This document shows positions 1-10,645 of a DNA stretch of 64,000 nucleotides, in pieces. The stretch spans positions 512,001-576,000 of the forward strand of contig JAVJNR010000003.1 of NCBI GenBank assembly GCA_040217195.1, given 5' to 3'. Each line of letters begins with the position of its first letter. The stretch's first letter is position 1. The notes under the pieces are model-generated. The model made no database searches and was not told the origin of the DNA. It saw nothing but the letters and a program-made list of their open reading frames with translations. Source of the DNA: Leptospiraceae bacterium (GTDB lineage Bacteria; Spirochaetota; Leptospiria; Leptospirales; Leptonemataceae). Made by a program: the position numbers and the translations under genes.

Positions 1-700
1 GGCCACACCCGGCCCGGCCGCAGAAAGACTGACAGCAAAACTGGAAGGCTTCACTGGACTGAACGCCTGGCGAAATACCGATGCCATTTCTTTTGTTTTC
101 AAGCCAGCCCATAGAAAGCATCTATTTGATCGAAACCGAAGGTTGATTCGGGTTGAGTTCCAGGCCCTTTCTAGTTCAGATTCTGCAGAAGAAGCACAAC
201 AGCCAGTTACAGTGTTTATGCAACTTGATTCGCATAAAGGAATCGTCATTGAAAATGGTAAAGAACTGGAAGGGAGCGAAAAAAGCGCCTGGCTGCAAAA
301 GGCCTACCAGGCCCATATCAACGATGTTTTCTGGCTCAATCCATTTTCTGCTCTGCGAGCCCCTGGCGCAGTGCGTCGGTTGACTCAAGATAAAGGCCTC
401 TTAATTACCTATGAAACCGGCGGAGTCACTCCGGGAGATTCCTATCTTATCTATACGGATCCGGACGGAAAACCACAGCGATGGCTGCTGTGGACCCAGG
501 CCATCCCTGCAAGAGGCATTGAATTCAGTTTTGAGGACTGGAAAGAGTTTGATAATGGACTGCGAATCAGTCAAAAAAGGGTAAGTTTCTTGCGCAATGT
601 AGAGCTAGAAGACATTGAAATCTTTGAATCCTTTCCCGGGGGACAGGAAGATCCCTTTGCACCTCTACTGGAAAGAATTGCAAAGGAAGGCGCCCGGTAG
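1..700 (+). CDS. Conserved hypothetical protein, 5' end outside the window
   Basis: The frame of ORF 143..700 stays open back to base 2 (ATPGPAAERLTAKLEGFTGLNAW...). It contains NDVFWL and GGVTPGDSY motifs typical of an uncharacterised family. Confidence 0.7.
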   Translation, partial: ATPGPAAERLTAKLEGFTGLNAWRNTDAISFVFKPAHRKHLFDRNRRLIRVEFQALSSSDSAEEAQQPVTVFMQLDSHKGIVIENGKELEGSEKSAWLQKAYQAHINDVFWLNPFSALRAPGAVRRLTQDKGLLITYETGGVTPGDSYLIYTDPDGKPQRWLLWTQAIPARGIEFSFEDWKEFDNGLRISQKRVSFLRNVELEDIEIFESFPGGQEDPFAPLLERIAKEGAR

Positions 701-714
701 GTCGAGGATAAAGT

Positions 715-1596
715 ATGCTGGATATTCTGGTCTGGGTTATACTGTTTTCCATCTTTGCCGGCATTGTACTGGTGGTTCATTACTGGTATGAGCTGTTCAC
801 AAACAAGGATCGATACGGGCGGGAAGAAATACTAAATATTCCTCAGATCCTTCAGGACCAGTTGCTCCATCTCACAGAAGGTAGAGACCGATTGCTGCAA
901 TTCGCAGGCATTGGAGTGGGCATTGCATTGGGCTGGTGTCTGACCTGGGTTGGTGGTTTCTTCTCCCCTGATATGGGACCCGAACCGGATTGGGCCAGCG
1001 CTCAGATGCCCAACTACTTCTTTCAATCCGGATTGTTTGTTTTGATACTTCATCTGGCCTACCCTTCTTTTAAGGATCTGGCCCAGGACTCCGGTGGTTC
1101 TTCCGGGTTGCTCATGCGACTGTTGAACACTGAAATAAGTCTTTTCTTTGGTCTTACATGCACACTGGCAGCCATGAACCTGTCTGTCTGGGGAGTGCAT
1201 CATCAAACCAGCTTTTTGTATGCTTTAATCAATGCGGTAATTTGTCTGCTATACGCTGGCTACAGACTGGATCAAAAACAGGAGGCCCTGGAAGCGGAAG
1301 GACTGGAAAGCGAGTACGGGGATTACGAATCCGACGACGATTCCGATCTGGATGCAGACTTTGCAGATGACCTTCCTGGAGGACCAGAATTTCAATCAGA
1401 TCTTGCTTCAGATGACATGGACTCTGATACAATAGTTCCCCAATACCATGATGACTTGCCGGATGAATTCGAAGAACCAGAAGACTTAAGTTCGAAAAAA
1501 CGCCCCGGTGGGACATCCGGCAGCAAAGGACGGAAGCCAGGCGCAGAAGATAGAATTGCAGATCTTCAACTTCCAGACGATAACACGGACTTCTAA
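715..1596 (+). CDS. Hypothetical membrane protein with acidic, disordered C-terminal tail
   Basis: 293 aa ORF, GAGG RBS, several hydrophobic segments and a D/E-rich tail. Confidence 0.75.
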   Translation: MLDILVWVILFSIFAGIVLVVHYWYELFTNKDRYGREEILNIPQILQDQLLHLTEGRDRLLQFAGIGVGIALGWCLTWVGGFFSPDMGPEPDWASAQMPNYFFQSGLFVLILHLAYPSFKDLAQDSGGSSGLLMRLLNTEISLFFGLTCTLAAMNLSVWGVHHQTSFLYALINAVICLLYAGYRLDQKQEALEAEGLESEYGDYESDDDSDLDADFADDLPGGPEFQSDLASDDMDSDTIVPQYHDDLPDEFEEPEDLSSKKRPGGTSGSKGRKPGAEDRIADLQLPDDNTDF

Positions 1597-1904
1597 TCAC
1601 TCTTCCCGGGATTTCTCTTCCATGTCCATCATATACACTTCCGCCATGATCTGGCACAAGCAAAGACCTGCGGTACAGAGCCGGGAGCGCATCAGCCAGA
1701 AACGTAACGTAGCCCAACCTGGCCGAATATGAATACGATTAGGACTGATTTGCGATTCAGGCTGTTTTGCGGCTCCGCCGATGCGAATGGATCATCAAAT
1801 TCGCACGGCCACAGTTGATACCAGATTGGCTGCGCCAGTGCAGATGTCAGACTGTCTACGAAAATGATTGAATCCGATCTGCAAGATCATGGAGGAGCCT
1901 TAAA

Positions 1905-1921
1905 GGAAAAGATCCTTTTCC
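1905..1921 (-). terminator. Possible terminator hairpin downstream of lhr
   Basis: GGAAAAG-ATC-CTTTTCC inverted repeat followed by a short T run on the minus strand. Confidence 0.35.
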
Positions 1922-1941
1922 AGGTAACAAATATCCAACTA

Positions 1942-4900
1942 TCAGTATTTGCGATGCAGCGTTAGACTGCGATACGATGATACGAATCCACCGTTTTCCA
2001 TGTCCTGTCTGTAGATTGAATCCATTGCATTTTGCTCATTTATAGTTTCTACTTCGACTCTTCCGGGAGGATTTCGCTGGCGCCCCAGAAATTCGGAAAA
2101 GACGCACAGGTATTTTGGAATATCAGGATGGCCAGAAGCCACATGGATTTTAAGGTCCTTGCCTTTTCGCCTGGATTCCAGTACGAGGGAGGATCCATGA
2201 AAGACCAGATGATTGCCAGCAACCCGTCTGGATAAAGCAAGACCTGCCAGACTCATCCCGCACAGAGATGCAGGATCCATCGCATTCATCCAGTAAATGG
2301 CCTCCTGCGGAAGTCCTTCTGCCAGACTACGAAAGGCCCCCGGACTCATGAACTGTAAAGATTGAATCCCCTGAAAAAAATGGCCTCCCAGAACTTCACC
2401 GGACAATTCCATTCGCCGCAAGGTAGTTACAATTTCTTTCCATTGCAGTGGAGGCAATTCCCGGAGCAATAGCTCGCGAAATAGAATACCGTACCTTCCC
2501 AGAAGAATGTGGATTTTCTCTTTGTTCCTTTCTTCCTGCTCCAGACGCAGGGAAACACCGGACTCTGCAGGTTGCCCGGTAATGGCCCTCCAGTTACCTG
2601 CCGAAGTCAGACCTCCGCTCCAACGGGCTCTGGATACGCGCTGGCTTCCGGAGGAAAGAGCCGGTGCCTGGAATCTGTGATCAATACCTTTTCGCAGGCT
2701 GCTCATGGAATCGTTTGTGACCAGTCCTTTCCAGGTCAATTCCCATAGCTCTTTCGTGAGATCCTGAGCGCTCTTTCCTGTTTCCTTTTGCAAATCAAAA
2801 AATGAGAACCGTCCCTTTTCATGGGGGAATAGAGACTTTAATGCATCATCCCTGTCTGGTTGATTCATGTGCGAATCCTTCAGGATTTCAAGATCTCGCT
2901 CCATTTGAAAGGTTATTATTTCCCCTGGCCAGCCCATCCAGAAAAGTCCGAACTCTGCCAGAGAGTCCAGCCAGGCAGTATGATACGGATTAAAGCGAGC
3001 GGGTAGGATTTCCGTTTCCCAGAGATTTGCTTTCAGAGGGAATCCTATTAGTTGCTCCATTCTTGACTGTAGATCTTCCAGTTCATGGCCCCGTCTGGTA
3101 AGGCCTTGAAAGTCCGCCAGAAATAGCTGCAACTCCTTGATGGGCAGAGGCTGAAAGTCCGGTCGAAAGTGCTGCCTGGTCATTCGCAGCAATATCTCCA
3201 GAGTTTCTGAATCGCAAAGTTCCAGAGCTGAACCGGATTCCTGATGGTCTTCTTGCTTACGAATCTGCCCTTCTATGAGCTTGCCATCCTCAAGCATCCT
3301 TTCCAGAACGCCTGGTAATCTATTGGAGGGGAATATCTGCTGCAGTTCAGCGCGAAGGATTGGCCCTCGGAATGGCAGGAAGGACTGCAGAAGGCTTAGT
3401 AGTATATCGTCCGGGTCTGGAATGTCATCCGCGGCCAGACCCTTTAGAGCTTCCTTCTTAAGGCGAATTAGAGCATTTTCGCTGGCGGCTGAGAGTGGAT
3501 TTCCGTCTGAAGTTTGTGGGTTTAGATCAAGTTCAGTAGCCGGACTGAGCAACGGTAGAACCTCCAGAGCACAAATCCAGCGTTGCGATTGCTGGATCTC
3601 GACGCTGACCACAGATTCATTTAATCGATTGAGAGCTTTTTCTTGGTCGGATTTCTGCAGAAATCCCAGATAAAATTCATATTCATCCGGGCGAATCAGA
3701 ATACGATCTCGAATTAATTCCAGCAAATCCTCTATGTTTTCCGGCTCATATCCAGGAGAGGTACGCTGCATTCTGCTACAGTATCTCTGTATGACTGCTT
3801 CTGGAATGGACGGTCGCAGACCAGAACTTCGAGCCAGGTCTTTGAAGAAATCCTCGGCCGGCCCTTTTCCTTTTAATTCCGGCCGATCATCCTGATACAT
3901 AAATGTATTTGTCTGCTGCCAGATTAGATTTCGCGCAAACGGGGATGGACTGCGAGTGAATACTTCCTTCACCTTGATTTGCCCGGATTCAACCTCCGCC
4001 AATCTATGGTTCAGAGTGATCAAATCAAAGGAATCTGCCAGCGATGATCTCCAGGTCTCCAGAGTGATTGGAAAATCTGGATAGGAGGCAGTTGCTTCGA
4101 GTAGCTTTTTGGACCTCAAGCGATTGAGCCACAATGGAGTTCGATTTCTTACCTTTCCAGGCAGGAGCATGGCTGTGCCGGCGCTCTGACGAAACAATGC
4201 ACCAAAAAAACCGGTGGAAGAAAGCACAATTCTAAGAAGCGATTCCAGATTGTCCGATCGAACGTAATCAAATACATGGCGGTCAAAATCATGGGGAAGC
4301 AAAACCATAACACAATCATCATCGCTCATGGTTTGAATTGTTAGATTCAGCTCTTTCAAGAATGCTCCTCGAATGGCCAGAGCAAAGGGACGGTTCACCT
4401 GGCCGCCCCAGAGAGTGTGCAAAATCACCATCTTACGATCTGTTCGATTCATGGGGTCTTCGTAATGTTCAATCAGCAATTGATGGCGATGGGGTAGCAC
4501 TCCGGTCCGTTCTTTCTGAAGAATAAGAAATTGCTGAAGGTAGCTGGCAGCACCGGACGTTAGAAGGTAATCCTTCTGCAAATCCGCGCAGAACCCCTCC
4601 TCTTTGATTTGATCTTCCCTGGACTCCAGAAATCTGGCCAGTTTCTCAGATACGAATGCATCCCTGTCCTGGGCATCCGCTCTCCAGAACGGTGCCATGG
4701 AGGCTGCATCCGAGGGAGCCGGCCTGACCAGTACATCGTTATGATTGATTTCCATGATTCTCCAGGATTGATTTCCCAGAGTAAAGGTATCTCCAATGGT
4801 GCGCTCCCAGACAAACTCTTCGTCCAGCTCTCCAATTCTGGATTTAGTATCCAGATGCCTGAGTCCGTAATAGCCCCGATCTGGAATGGTTCCTCCATTC

Positions 4901-6429
4901 ATGTAGATTAGAAAGGGGACCCCTTTAGCAGCCTTCAAAGTATTTTGGATTGGATCTTTATGGATTCTGGGGCGAAGTTCACGAATGCGAGAAGTGGCAA
5001 ACCTGCCAGAAAGCATCTCCAGTACTGATTGATATTGATTTTCTGGAAGATCATGGTAGCTATAGGTGCTTCGCAAAAAGTCGAGCAGTTCATTCGAGTT
5101 CCATTCTTCAGAACATAACATAGAAAGAATGATCTGAGAAAGAATATCCAGGGCCCCCTGAATGGGATGAATCTCCTCGATTTCGCGGTTTTCTACAGAG
5201 GTAGCGAGAATTGCGGACTGAAGCAAATCCCTGCCATGAAGAGGTAAGAACAATCCCCGGCTTATGGCCCCCACTGAATGCCCGGCACGACCCAGACGCT
5301 GTAATGTAGTGGAAAGAAAACCAGGACTTTGAATCAGTACTACCTGGTCCAGGTCTCCAATATCTATTCCCAGCTCCAGTGAGGCAGTGGCCACAACGGC
5401 AGGCAATCTACCATCCTTCAGATCCTGCTCCACCACCGAGCGAATCTCCCTGGACAGAGCCCCATGATGGCAGTAGGCAAGAATTCTCTCTTCGCCTTCG
5501 TTAATTAGCATGCTGATTTTTTCAGCCATGCGACGACTATTCGTAAAAATCAGAGTGCTTTGATTGGATTTGATAACCTGCTTTAATCTCTGTACTATGG
5601 AGCCGAACAAAATGTCTTCCGGCCAATCGCTTTGAGCTCCAGGATCCGTTCCGCTATCTTCAGAAAATACAGGAAAGTCTACTTCCAGTTCATAACCCTT
5701 CCGGGCAGAAGACTCAATAAGTTCCACTCTGCGAGGAACGTACTGCCCGGCTCCGGTTCTGGAATATCCGCCAACGAAGGCTGCAATCCGCTCCATGGGT
5801 CTCACTGTGGCAGACAATGCAATCCTCTGAAATCCCGGGCAAAGAAGCTCCAATCGCTCCACGCCAGTCATCAGATGAACACCTCGTTTGGAGGAAGCCA
5901 CGGAATGAATTTCATCTAGAATGACTGTAGTGAGCCCTTCGAAGATCCGGCGACCGCTGTTCGAAGTTAATAAAATGTTCAGGCTTTCCGGAGTAGTGAT
6001 CAGAATCTCCGGTGGATGACGCATCATTTTTCGCCGCTCAAAGTCAGGTGTATCCCCGCTGCGAACAGCCACATGAATAGCCGGAAACATTTCTTTCGCC
6101 TCTGCGAATCTGTTCTGCAATTCGTCTAGAGGTCCAAGCAGATTTCGCCTGATATCGTTATTTAACGCCTTCAAAGGAGAGATGTAAAGTACACGCAGTC
6201 CGCCGGTGGAAGTTTGACCGGATACCAGGGAGTTGATGGCACTCAAAAATGCGGTAAGTGTTTTTCCGCTACCTGTGGGAGCAGAAATCAGAACATTTTC
6301 TCCGGCCATTATTCGAGGCCAGCTCAAATGCTGAATCTCTGTAGGCATTCCGTATCGATCCAGAAACCAGCTGGAGATCAATGGATGAAAGGGAAGTTCG
6401 AAAGTCTTCGATTCTGCCGACCGGGTCAC
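1942..6429 (-). CDS. lhr: Lhr-family SF2 helicase, long form with C-terminal extension
   Basis: Motifs APTGSGKT, SPLKAL, TTPESL, DEIH, LSAT, ATASLELGID and QRLGRAGH; Lhr-specific GGTIPDRG and GELDEEFV; 1495 aa. Confidence 0.9.
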   Translation of the reverse strand: MTRSAESKTFELPFHPLISSWFLDRYGMPTEIQHLSWPRIMAGENVLISAPTGSGKTLTAFLSAINSLVSGQTSTGGLRVLYISPLKALNNDIRRNLLGPLDELQNRFAEAKEMFPAIHVAVRSGDTPDFERRKMMRHPPEILITTPESLNILLTSNSGRRIFEGLTTVILDEIHSVASSKRGVHLMTGVERLELLCPGFQRIALSATVRPMERIAAFVGGYSRTGAGQYVPRRVELIESSARKGYELEVDFPVFSEDSGTDPGAQSDWPEDILFGSIVQRLKQVIKSNQSTLIFTNSRRMAEKISMLINEGEERILAYCHHGALSREIRSVVEQDLKDGRLPAVVATASLELGIDIGDLDQVVLIQSPGFLSTTLQRLGRAGHSVGAISRGLFLPLHGRDLLQSAILATSVENREIEEIHPIQGALDILSQIILSMLCSEEWNSNELLDFLRSTYSYHDLPENQYQSVLEMLSGRFATSRIRELRPRIHKDPIQNTLKAAKGVPFLIYMNGGTIPDRGYYGLRHLDTKSRIGELDEEFVWERTIGDTFTLGNQSWRIMEINHNDVLVRPAPSDAASMAPFWRADAQDRDAFVSEKLARFLESREDQIKEEGFCADLQKDYLLTSGAASYLQQFLILQKERTGVLPHRHQLLIEHYEDPMNRTDRKMVILHTLWGGQVNRPFALAIRGAFLKELNLTIQTMSDDDCVMVLLPHDFDRHVFDYVRSDNLESLLRIVLSSTGFFGALFRQSAGTAMLLPGKVRNRTPLWLNRLRSKKLLEATASYPDFPITLETWRSSLADSFDLITLNHRLAEVESGQIKVKEVFTRSPSPFARNLIWQQTNTFMYQDDRPELKGKGPAEDFFKDLARSSGLRPSIPEAVIQRYCSRMQRTSPGYEPENIEDLLELIRDRILIRPDEYEFYLGFLQKSDQEKALNRLNESVVSVEIQQSQRWICALEVLPLLSPATELDLNPQTSDGNPLSAASENALIRLKKEALKGLAADDIPDPDDILLSLLQSFLPFRGPILRAELQQIFPSNRLPGVLERMLEDGKLIEGQIRKQEDHQESGSALELCDSETLEILLRMTRQHFRPDFQPLPIKELQLFLADFQGLTRRGHELEDLQSRMEQLIGFPLKANLWETEILPARFNPYHTAWLDSLAEFGLFWMGWPGEIITFQMERDLEILKDSHMNQPDRDDALKSLFPHEKGRFSFFDLQKETGKSAQDLTKELWELTWKGLVTNDSMSSLRKGIDHRFQAPALSSGSQRVSRARWSGGLTSAGNWRAITGQPAESGVSLRLEQEERNKEKIHILLGRYGILFRELLLRELPPLQWKEIVTTLRRMELSGEVLGGHFFQGIQSLQFMSPGAFRSLAEGLPQEAIYWMNAMDPASLCGMSLAGLALSRRVAGNHLVFHGSSLVLESRRKGKDLKIHVASGHPDIPKYLCVFSEFLGRQRNPPGRVEVETINEQNAMDSIYRQDMENGGFVSSYRSLTLHRKY

Positions 6430-6615
6430 AACCTAAACAGATGTTTCCCTCTTCAGAATTGTCCAATCATTTTTGCTATCCTCGTAATGAATCTTCGTTT
6501 TGGGAATCGCGGATTACTACCTGATGGCGCCGGATGCATTCTTAAGGCTGGATCTTTTTAGTCCATAAACTCTGACCATCGAACCTATCCCCTCTATTCA
6601 ATAGCCCTTCCTCCA

Positions 6616-6637
6616 GGTGCAGCTTATAAGCTGCACC
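6616..6637. promoter_or_regulatory. Perfect 22-bp palindrome, candidate operator or hairpin
   Basis: GGTGCAGCTTATAAGCTGCACC equals its own reverse complement and lies in the divergent lhr/lipoprotein intergenic region. Confidence 0.5.
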
Positions 6638-6706
6638 GACAAATCAACCCAACTATGCTAGGGTCAGGTCATATCAATCACTCCAATTGGAGTGCAGGAG
6701 CAGACT

Positions 6707-7837
6707 ATGCTACGAAACGAAATTCACCAAAAGATACGGACTGCACTGTGCGGATTAATGTTAACCGCGCTCACGGCTCAATGCCTCTTGCTGCCCGGTC
6801 AGGAAGAAGATAATAACGATATGCTTCTTCTGGCCGCTCTGGCCATCAATCCGAACGCAGGCACCTACTATGCTGGCTGGGAATACGATGGAACCGGTCG
6901 GCGAGCCATATACTTCAAAGATGGAGTGAAAACCACTCTACCGAACCTGAATGCCAGCGGAGAGTCAGAAGCTACCTCGATTCTGGTCACTGGCGGAGAG
7001 ATCATAGTTACCGGCTATTCCTCGGACTCTTCCGGTTACCAGACCCCCGGGTACTGGAGAAACGGAACATGGAATTCGCTGCCCAGACTGGACACCACCG
7101 AAGACGGTTTGGCCACAGATGCAATCTTTGTAGGGGCGGATCTCTACATTGTGGGCTATACAGCGGACGGCTCAGGCACCGACGTCCCGGGGTACTGGAA
7201 GAACAATCAATGGACTGCACTCAGTGTACCGGATGCAGCCAGATCATCTCAAGCAGCATCCATCGCTGTGGATGGTGGAAATATCTACATTGGTGGTTCC
7301 TGCGTAGATGGATCTCTTGTTCTTCCCTGCGTTTGGACCAACGGAACCCGGCAGGAATTATCCAGAATCGACAACAGCAAGAATGGATTTGTGGCCGATC
7401 TGGAAGCGGTGAATGGAGTCGTATATGCTGTAGGCAATAGCTACAACGCATCCAGCATTCCCGTGCCGGTATTCTGGAGAGACGGGGTAAGAACTCCACT
7501 GTCCGTTATCGATTCAGGCCGCCCGGCTCAGGCGAATGCTCTCGAGATTGTAGGCACAACACTGTACATCAGTGGATTCAGCCAGACATCCGCAGGAATT
7601 GACCACGCGGCCTACTGGGTGGATGGAAACCGGGTGGATCTGAATCCAGTGGATGCCGGTGAACATTCCAAGAGCTTCGATATTGCTCTTTCCGGAAGTA
7701 GCTTACTCGTAGGCGGGTTTTCGGACAACGCAGGAGGAACATCGGACCCCACGGTATGGCAGAACAACACCGGCACAGCCCTCATAAAAAATGCCACCGG
7801 CGATGGTCATATTCGGGACATAGATGTAATCAACTAG
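6707..7837 (+). CDS. Beta-propeller repeat lipoprotein
   Basis: Signal peptide ending ...LTAQC, a DNNDMLLLAALA linker, and about seven ~50-aa repeats (YxxG...PxYWxNG...L). ATG 6707 is preferred to GTG 6692. Confidence 0.75.
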   Translation: MLRNEIHQKIRTALCGLMLTALTAQCLLLPGQEEDNNDMLLLAALAINPNAGTYYAGWEYDGTGRRAIYFKDGVKTTLPNLNASGESEATSILVTGGEIIVTGYSSDSSGYQTPGYWRNGTWNSLPRLDTTEDGLATDAIFVGADLYIVGYTADGSGTDVPGYWKNNQWTALSVPDAARSSQAASIAVDGGNIYIGGSCVDGSLVLPCVWTNGTRQELSRIDNSKNGFVADLEAVNGVVYAVGNSYNASSIPVPVFWRDGVRTPLSVIDSGRPAQANALEIVGTTLYISGFSQTSAGIDHAAYWVDGNRVDLNPVDAGEHSKSFDIALSGSSLLVGGFSDNAGGTSDPTVWQNNTGTALIKNATGDGHIRDIDVIN

Positions 7838-7847
7838 GAATCTGTAC

Positions 7848-7888
7848 CAGGCTGCCGCAATATATCCATCTACATTTGCGGTAGCCTG
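7848..7888. terminator. Hairpin between convergent genes (probable bidirectional terminator)
   Basis: CAGGCTGCCGCAA ... TTGCGGTAGCCTG inverted repeat. Confidence 0.55.
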
Positions 7889-7897
7889 CTACCGAAC

Positions 7898-9637
7898 TTA
7901 TGCCTGGCCTGATTTTACTAGCCTGACCTTCTTACATTCATTACGATACTGCCCCGGAGTCATTCCGGTGAGGTTCAGAAAACTTCGATTAAAGGCAGTC
8001 TTGGAACCGAATCCCACCGCAAGGCCAATGTCCAGAATGGAGTCTTCGCATTCCGGATCGCCCAGTTTTTTCATGGCAGCATCAATTCGAAATTTTCGTA
8101 TGAATTCGGTAAATGAAGTGTTGAGCACTTGATTCAAAAGCTCGGATAATTGATGAGGACGAAGATCTACATGCCTTGCCAGAGCTTCCAACCTCAAATC
8201 CTCCACTTCGTAAAGATGATCCTCTTTCATTGCCTGGAGCAACATAGCCTTTCGCGCCTCCACATCCACACCGGTGAGCTGGGATCGCACGGGGCCTTCG
8301 GATCGACTGCTATTTTCTGAGTTGTCAATTTTGCTGATATCTAATTGTTCTTCAGCACCCGAAGGAGTATCCTCTATACCGGATGATTGCACATCTCTTT
8401 TCTCGCGGCGGAGCATAGAGCGATGTGCTTCTTCCAGTTGCTCCAGAAGCAATCGGTTTCGCTCCTGCATCCGAAGGCGCTGCCTTTTTTCCAGCTGTAA
8501 TCGGCTGTAGCTGCCCAGAGCAAATGCAAGAAATGCAAATGGAGCTGCACCGATGGGTGCATGAGCCATCCAACTGCGATAGTCTATCAAGCCACGAAAG
8601 ACCATCATATTGAAAAAGAAGGCCACCAGGAATATCAGCCAACCTGCGAAATAGTATCTGGTGGGAATGTCTCCTTCTCTTAACCGTATCCATGCAACAG
8701 GAACGGTAATCGCTACTCCAACGAATGGACCGGCAATCAGAACAAAGTAAAAAAAAGGATCCAGAGCAGGAATGAGAGCACTTAATGCTGCAAGTCCCTG
8801 AAATGAGATCGCCGTGAGAATGATTCGATCCAGCCAGGTCCATTGCCATGTCTTGAGTAATGGTCGCGTAAATAGACTGCTGGTCATGGCTCCGAGCATA
8901 GAAAATAGATTGAAGGCAGCTCTTTGGATGTCCGGGGAGCCAGGCCAGAAGTACAGATACCCATCGCCGTAGATAATAAACAGTGTAACAGAAACGGTCA
9001 TCAGCATCAAAGAAAACAACAGGTAAAGCTGTCTTGGTGAGTACCAGAACACCGCCAGAAAGAAGATGGAGGATATCCATGCAGATGCCATCAGAGAAAA
9101 CTGCACTATCTGCCGTTGCTGAATATGCGATAGAAGCTGTGGAAAACTAATAACCTGAATGGGAAAGTTGATCACCTTTCTGGATCTCAATCGAAAGTAG
9201 GATACGTCTGTAGAATCATCCAGACGGAACGCAGGATACCGAATCTTCATTGGCCAGCGATGCACCGGTACATCCAGGCCAGCCTTCTTCTTTTCTTCGC
9301 CTGAGCAGTGCAGCACTTCACCAATCATTGCCTGACGAAATACAATAAATTGCGCTGCATTTGATTGTCTCCGGGCTCGAATCCAGATAGAAGAATGGGT
9401 AAAGCCCAGGTTCAGCACCGAGCCCACCGGCTTCCAGTCCTTACGATCCTTCATTGTGAGGCAACTTTCCCTGCGAGAGGCATCCTCAACGAAGCTCAGG
9501 TTTTCATATCCACTGAGCTGATCCAGAGAAAAGGAGCAATTGACGAGCAAACATAGTAATGGCAGCGCCAGAAGCCATGTAGATTTCCAGGGATGGGCTA
9601 GTGGAAGGGGGCTTGCTATTTTGCGGACCCGAATCAA
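7898..9637 (-). CDS. 7TM-DISM membrane sensor fused to a C-terminal AraC HTH
   Basis: Extracellular LNLGFTHSSIWIR (DISMED2-like) domain, about seven TM helices with GxxYxWP and YYFAGW, and a C-terminal ILDIGLAVGFGSKTAFNRSF AraC signature. Confidence 0.85.
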   Translation of the reverse strand: MIRVRKIASPLPLAHPWKSTWLLALPLLCLLVNCSFSLDQLSGYENLSFVEDASRRESCLTMKDRKDWKPVGSVLNLGFTHSSIWIRARRQSNAAQFIVFRQAMIGEVLHCSGEEKKKAGLDVPVHRWPMKIRYPAFRLDDSTDVSYFRLRSRKVINFPIQVISFPQLLSHIQQRQIVQFSLMASAWISSIFFLAVFWYSPRQLYLLFSLMLMTVSVTLFIIYGDGYLYFWPGSPDIQRAAFNLFSMLGAMTSSLFTRPLLKTWQWTWLDRIILTAISFQGLAALSALIPALDPFFYFVLIAGPFVGVAITVPVAWIRLREGDIPTRYYFAGWLIFLVAFFFNMMVFRGLIDYRSWMAHAPIGAAPFAFLAFALGSYSRLQLEKRQRLRMQERNRLLLEQLEEAHRSMLRREKRDVQSSGIEDTPSGAEEQLDISKIDNSENSSRSEGPVRSQLTGVDVEARKAMLLQAMKEDHLYEVEDLRLEALARHVDLRPHQLSELLNQVLNTSFTEFIRKFRIDAAMKKLGDPECEDSILDIGLAVGFGSKTAFNRSFLNLTGMTPGQYRNECKKVRLVKSGQA

Positions 9638-9812
9638 AGCCCGACCAGGATGGAACTCATACGAGACACTTCAAGGAATTTAGCACTCTGAGACAGACTA
9701 CCCCGGGAATTAAGGCCAGAACTGGGCGGTATGCACGGATTGCAATAACTCGGTCTCTTCCGGACGGATAATAATCCTTGGAGAAAAATAAGAAATATCC
9801 GATAGTGGAACT

Positions 9813-10616
9813 ATGCGGGGTAGTAAGCATACATTCTGGGGCCTGACATTGATGGCTCTGTACCTGGCTATTCCAGCCATGGTAGTCCTTCCCAGCCTGG
9901 TAACAGCCCGGGACACGGAGGCGGAAAGGGACCTTAACCTATACGAAACCGGGCCACTTCAGCCATTGGAGCTGGCAGAAGCGCCCATGCGGGATGAAGG
10001 GGAGATAATCCTGGCAGAGGCTCCGGGAGAGTTTGAACAACCGGCAGTGGACTCGGGAAATGCAGAACTGAATGGATTTGCCGATGCGCCCTGGATGTCT
10101 AACTACTCGGCTGTAAAAAAGCGATTTCAGGATCTGGCAACAGCAGCCAATACTCCAGAAAGAATTGAGATTGTAATGGCCGTGGAGGATCGTTACATCC
10201 TGGTAAAAAGAAACGATATTCTCTATAGATATAACTTCTACAAAAGTCCCAAAAACGTAGCCAAATTAAATAACCATCAGCTTACCGAGGAAGAGTACGA
10301 CACCATGGAAGGCCGGCTCTTTCATGTCCGGGTAATCCTGCCATTCATCCAGTCCAAATGGATTGGAGAGAAACTGGAAAAAACCTACGGCCAGAAGACC
10401 CGCTCCACAGTAGACGAAGAAACTATGAGAGGAGCCGATATCTGGGAAAAGCCCGGCGGATTCATTTTTCAGTGGTACGAGCCCTACAATGACATCGCCT
10501 ACAGCCGCACCATCGATTATATGAGCGTGGACATGGTAAAGACCATCATGGCTGAAAATGAGAAGTATTTCGATGCAGAAGAGCGAGAACTTCTGAGAAA
10601 GCTCATTGTGAATTGA
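9813..10616 (+). CDS. Hypothetical exported or membrane-anchored protein
   Basis: 267 aa ORF with an N-terminal hydrophobic segment. Confidence 0.75.
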   Translation: MRGSKHTFWGLTLMALYLAIPAMVVLPSLVTARDTEAERDLNLYETGPLQPLELAEAPMRDEGEIILAEAPGEFEQPAVDSGNAELNGFADAPWMSNYSAVKKRFQDLATAANTPERIEIVMAVEDRYILVKRNDILYRYNFYKSPKNVAKLNNHQLTEEEYDTMEGRLFHVRVILPFIQSKWIGEKLEKTYGQKTRSTVDEETMRGADIWEKPGGFIFQWYEPYNDIAYSRTIDYMSVDMVKTIMAENEKYFDAEERELLRKLIVN

Positions 10617-10645
10617 CGTCAGAGGCCACCAGGAAAAAAGGAATC

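Noticed and set aside
1597..1890. Minus-strand frame MILQIG...VRI-TGA-TGA-SIRIGG...EKSREE, suggesting stop read-through or a pseudogene
   Set aside because: No recognisable family or convincing RBS and no SECIS-like evidence; likely chance in a ~345-nt intergenic gap.
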